Shown: piece by piece, positions 8,601-10,811 of the stretch
Layout: each line of letters opens with the position of its first letter
Position numbering within the stretch: position 1 is the stretch's first letter
Assembly: GCA_001179505.1 (NCBI GenBank)
Contig: CDMY01000914.1
Coordinates: 1 to 10,811, forward strand
Direction: 5' to 3'
DNA from: Vitrella brassicaformis CCMP3155
Taxonomy: Eukaryota > Protista > Chromerida
DNA length: 10,811 nt
Notes under the pieces: generated by a model
Databases searched by the model: none
The model's input: only the letters and a program-made list of their open reading frames with translations
Told to the model about the DNA's origin: nothing
Made by a program: the position numbers and the translations under genes

Positions 8601-10811
8601 GGTTGGGCACCTCCCCTATCCACCAACCAGCACACACACACCAATTAATGTATGTATTGCACTGGCAGCGCCACTTGGTGCGGTGCGCACCCGTGTTGAG
8701 GAGATTGTTGATATCCTCTACGAATGACTCCTGCTTGATCTGTGTATCGGAGAAGAGGAAGACTGTCGTCTCGCCCTTGCCGCCCGCACGGCGCAACACC
8801 TGTCCGAAACGACAGACCAGACTCATTCATGCGTCGCTTTGTACGCTTCTCTGTTTGTTTACCTCTTTGAGGTCCTCCCGCCATTCGTTCTTGCCGTAGT
8901 TCTTCGATATCTCAATCTGGAACACCTCGGCGTCGCACATGAAGCACGCCAGGCGCGTCAGGCTCTGTCGGCCGGAACCGCCAACTCCCACGAGAAGGGC
9001 ATTGCCGCCGGGGATCTTGAGGATTCGTGAGATGCGGCTAAGGTGCTCAATGGCGAAGGAGAAGAGGACCAGGTTCATGCGCTTGGAGCTCTGCACGATG
9101 TTGAGCTGCTCGAGGTAGCCCTCAACCTTCGTCTGGAGCTCGTCGAAATCCTGTTATTAGAAAACAGCGAGACATGTGATGTTATGTCCCGTGGGGATAA
9201 GAGCCAGCTAAGAGCCAGCTTCTGTTCTCTGATACCTTGACTTCGTCGTATGGTCGTTTCGGCGACGATGGCGGGTTCATGTAGTCGCCGAAGAACAGCT
9301 TGCGGATCTCGTCGAGCGTGTCGACCTTGCCATCTTTGTTCGAGTCGAGGTGGGCCATGACGGTGTCGAACGACTGACCGAAACACTTCTTGCTGATGTC
9401 TCGGATGTTCTTGAGCAGCCACGTCTGGTCGGTCTCGTCCACGAGGCGGTCCCCGAACACTCTGAGCACCTCGTGGATCCACAGACGCACCACCTTCTCC
9501 ACACCCTCTTGCTGCTCCTTGCCCATCAGCAACACTCCCTGCACAAAGGAGAAGGATGACATGAATCAGTCTTTCGCACACAAAATCTGTTCTCTGTGCA
9601 CACAGGCGCACCAGGATGACTTTGGAGAAGTCCCGAAGGTTGAAAGTGTAGTGCGACTTGACGGGCGTTGGCAGCAGTTCGGTGCAGGCCAGCTTGTACA
9701 CGTCCATGGTGGCCGCCACGATCTTCTTGCTAATGCCCGCCACATCCGGTGGGTACGAATCTGTCGTGAACTTCCAGTCCAGGATGGCTGTAAAGATCTT
9801 GATCAGGTTTTCGTCCTCCACTTCGATGAAGCCCAGCAGATGGAAGTGCCTCAGCAGCCGGGGCGAGATGAATGTCCGGCCGCCGCCGGGAGGTCCCATG
9901 GCGGCGAAAAGCATGCAGTCGATGATGTGTCGAAATGGGTGCGTGAGGTCCTTTCTGTCATACCACCCGCCGTGGTCGCAGTACTGCCGGAGGATCTCGA
10001 TCGGCGGCTGGGCGCCCCACTTCTCCTTGGCCGGCATATTCAGGTCATCCACAAACAAGATGCACCGCTTGTTGAGTGGCGGGCCGAAAGTGTCTCGCCG
10101 CCTCTTCTCGAGCTTGGCGTCGATGAGATCCTGTGTCTGGTTCTCGGATGTCTGGGCGCTGAACCCCAATGGGATGTACGTGTTCTTCTCCCTCTGCAGC
10201 GAATCCAACACCTGACACACGAACAAACACCTTCAGCCACAGTGTCGATAAATAGTCTTTGTCCGCAATCCCACCTTAAGTGCGTACGCGGTCTTGCCGG
10301 TGCCCGTCGGTCCGCAGAAGAGGGTGAAGACGCCCGCCTCGATGTTCATGTTGGCCAGATAGGAGTACCTGACCATGTCGACCGTCTGAACGATGATCTC
10401 TGCTGGCTGGGTGCCCGGCGGGAACGACTGCGCGCTCTCAACTGTGTCCTGACAGACACCCAACGAGACACGTGAACGATGCAGACAGCCGTGTGTGGCC
10501 ATGTCTGTGCTTGTGTCTCACCATCCACTGGGCCCATGTGTTCGTCTCCGCCCGGTAGACAAAATCGAAACAGCTGCCACGCTCGGGGAGGGCGGGTGTG
10601 ATCTTCTTGAGCTGCTTGATCCCCTCAAAGCTGCCGGCGAGCAGCTTCTTCAGGGCGATATCAAAACTCTTTCTCGTTGCCGTGTTGGTGGCCGCGCCAA
10701 TCGACCAGATTATCGCAAAGACGCAGCTGGCATCCAGGAAGCTGCTGAGTTGCTTGTCGCCGAGGCCTGCCTTGTAGTCCACATCACACAGGGGCTTCAG
10801 CAAGCTGGTCA
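2605..10811 (-). CDS. DNAH7: Axonemal inner-arm (single-headed) dynein heavy chain, DNAH7/3/12 class; 5'-partial, 24 exons in window, about 2184 aa from the AAA2-AAA3 linker to the C-terminus
   Basis: Exons (minus strand, 5' to 3'): 10522..>10811, 10275..10448, 9612..10211, 9236..9538, 8863..9150, 8691..8799, 8324..8615, 7964..8267, 7746..7877, 7573..7677, 7007..7504, 6557..6943, 6343..6479, 5596..6279, 5319..5518, 4881..5255, 4646..4805, 4426..4576, 4262..4330, 3655..4196, 3242..3596, 3021..3166, 2844..2945, 2605..2758 (TAG 2605-2607). All junctions keep frame and rebuild hallmark motifs: [69 protein letters not shown]|[10 protein letters not shown]|GQGQGP, QNCHL, R|[71 protein letters not shown]…[15 protein letters not shown]. 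The symbol marks the closest class from memory; strict orthology needs a phylogeny. Confidence 0.97.
2761..2792. repeat. Intronic (GA)n/(CAGA)n microsatellite next to the last dynein acceptor
   Basis: gcaaacagagagagacagacagacagacagac; similar (CA)n/(CAGA)n tracts at about 3169-3202 and 8630-8641. Confidence 0.85.
4331..4425 (-). other. GC-AG intron (95 bp, phase 0)
   Basis: [10 protein letters not shown]|[20 protein letters not shown] requires donor AAT|GCAAGC and acceptor CACCAG|GCT; read-through hits TAG at 4408-4410. Confidence 0.8.
4343..4372. repeat. Pentanucleotide microsatellite (CACAG)6, intronic; (CTGTG)6 on the transcribed strand
   Basis: Read directly. Confidence 0.92.
6480..6556 (-). 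other. GC-AG intron (77 bp, phase 0)
   Basis: The conserved IDPQ|GQANKWIK requires donor CAG|GCAAGA and acceptor TTGCAG|GGG; sliding the junction gives no GT-AG pair. Confidence 0.88.
6860..8060 (-). other. Dynein coiled-coil stalk and microtubule-binding domain; boundaries approximate
   Basis: [23 protein letters not shown] (CC1), [24 protein letters not shown]|[14 protein letters not shown]…[23 protein letters not shown]…[15 protein letters not shown] (MTBD), [19 protein letters not shown] (CC2). Confidence 0.88.
8100..9100 (-). other. Dynein AAA4 module (P-loop GVGGSGRQS at 8962-8988); boundaries approximate
   Basis: [42 protein letters not shown]|[49 protein letters not shown]. Confidence 0.88.
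9612..10448 (-). other. Dynein AAA3 module (Walker A GPTGTGKT at 10290-10313; Walker B region FVDDLNMP)
   Basis: Motifs read from exons 10275..10448 and 9612..10211; module assignment follows established dynein architecture. Confidence 0.9.

Noticed and set aside
5256-10274. Five 63-bp introns as an Introner-like mobile intron family
   Set aside because: Compared by eye they share no extended similarity, terminal inverted repeats or TSDs; only one 10-mer (aagcgtacaa) occurs in two of them.
6444-10475. Long plus-strand ORFs (6444..7196, 6992..7537, 9390..10475, 9658..10215)
   Set aside because: Expected stop-poor antisense frames opposite GC3-biased dynein exons; no independent motifs.
2605-10811. 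Apparent frameshifts and stops fragmenting the dynein (pseudogene, recoding or alternative genetic code)
   Set aside because: Every break is explained by a 56-95 bp GT-AG or GC-AG intron with correct phase; the spliced frame is continuous to a TAG.

Overview
This is eukaryotic genomic DNA with GC3-rich exons and many short introns whose acceptor ends are TG/TCTG-rich. That style and a Phe-motif bipartite presequence suggest a chromerid alveolate such as Vitrella (inference, not verified). Three elements are present. (1) Bases 2605-10811 on the minus strand hold the 3' part of an axonemal inner-arm dynein heavy chain gene (DNAH7/3/12 class). I reconstructed it by hand as 24 exons and 23 introns of 56-95 bp, about 2184 aa running from the AAA2-AAA3 linker to the stop. 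Two introns are GC-AG and three are stop-free 3n introns. (2) Bases ~879-1715/2068 on the plus strand hold a small spliced orphan gene with a signal peptide, a transit-peptide-like segment, a predicted ubiquitin-like (beta-grasp) domain and a Pro-rich linker. Its 3' end is unresolved, and a possible alternative first exon would splice out the signal peptide. (3) Bases 1-~393 on the minus strand hold an apparently 5'-truncated CRE-clade-like non-LTR retrotransposon ORF that runs off the left edge and is missing from the ORF track. I saw no tRNA, rRNA, CRISPR or prokaryotic system. The orphan gene and the retroelement are the best candidates for something undescribed.
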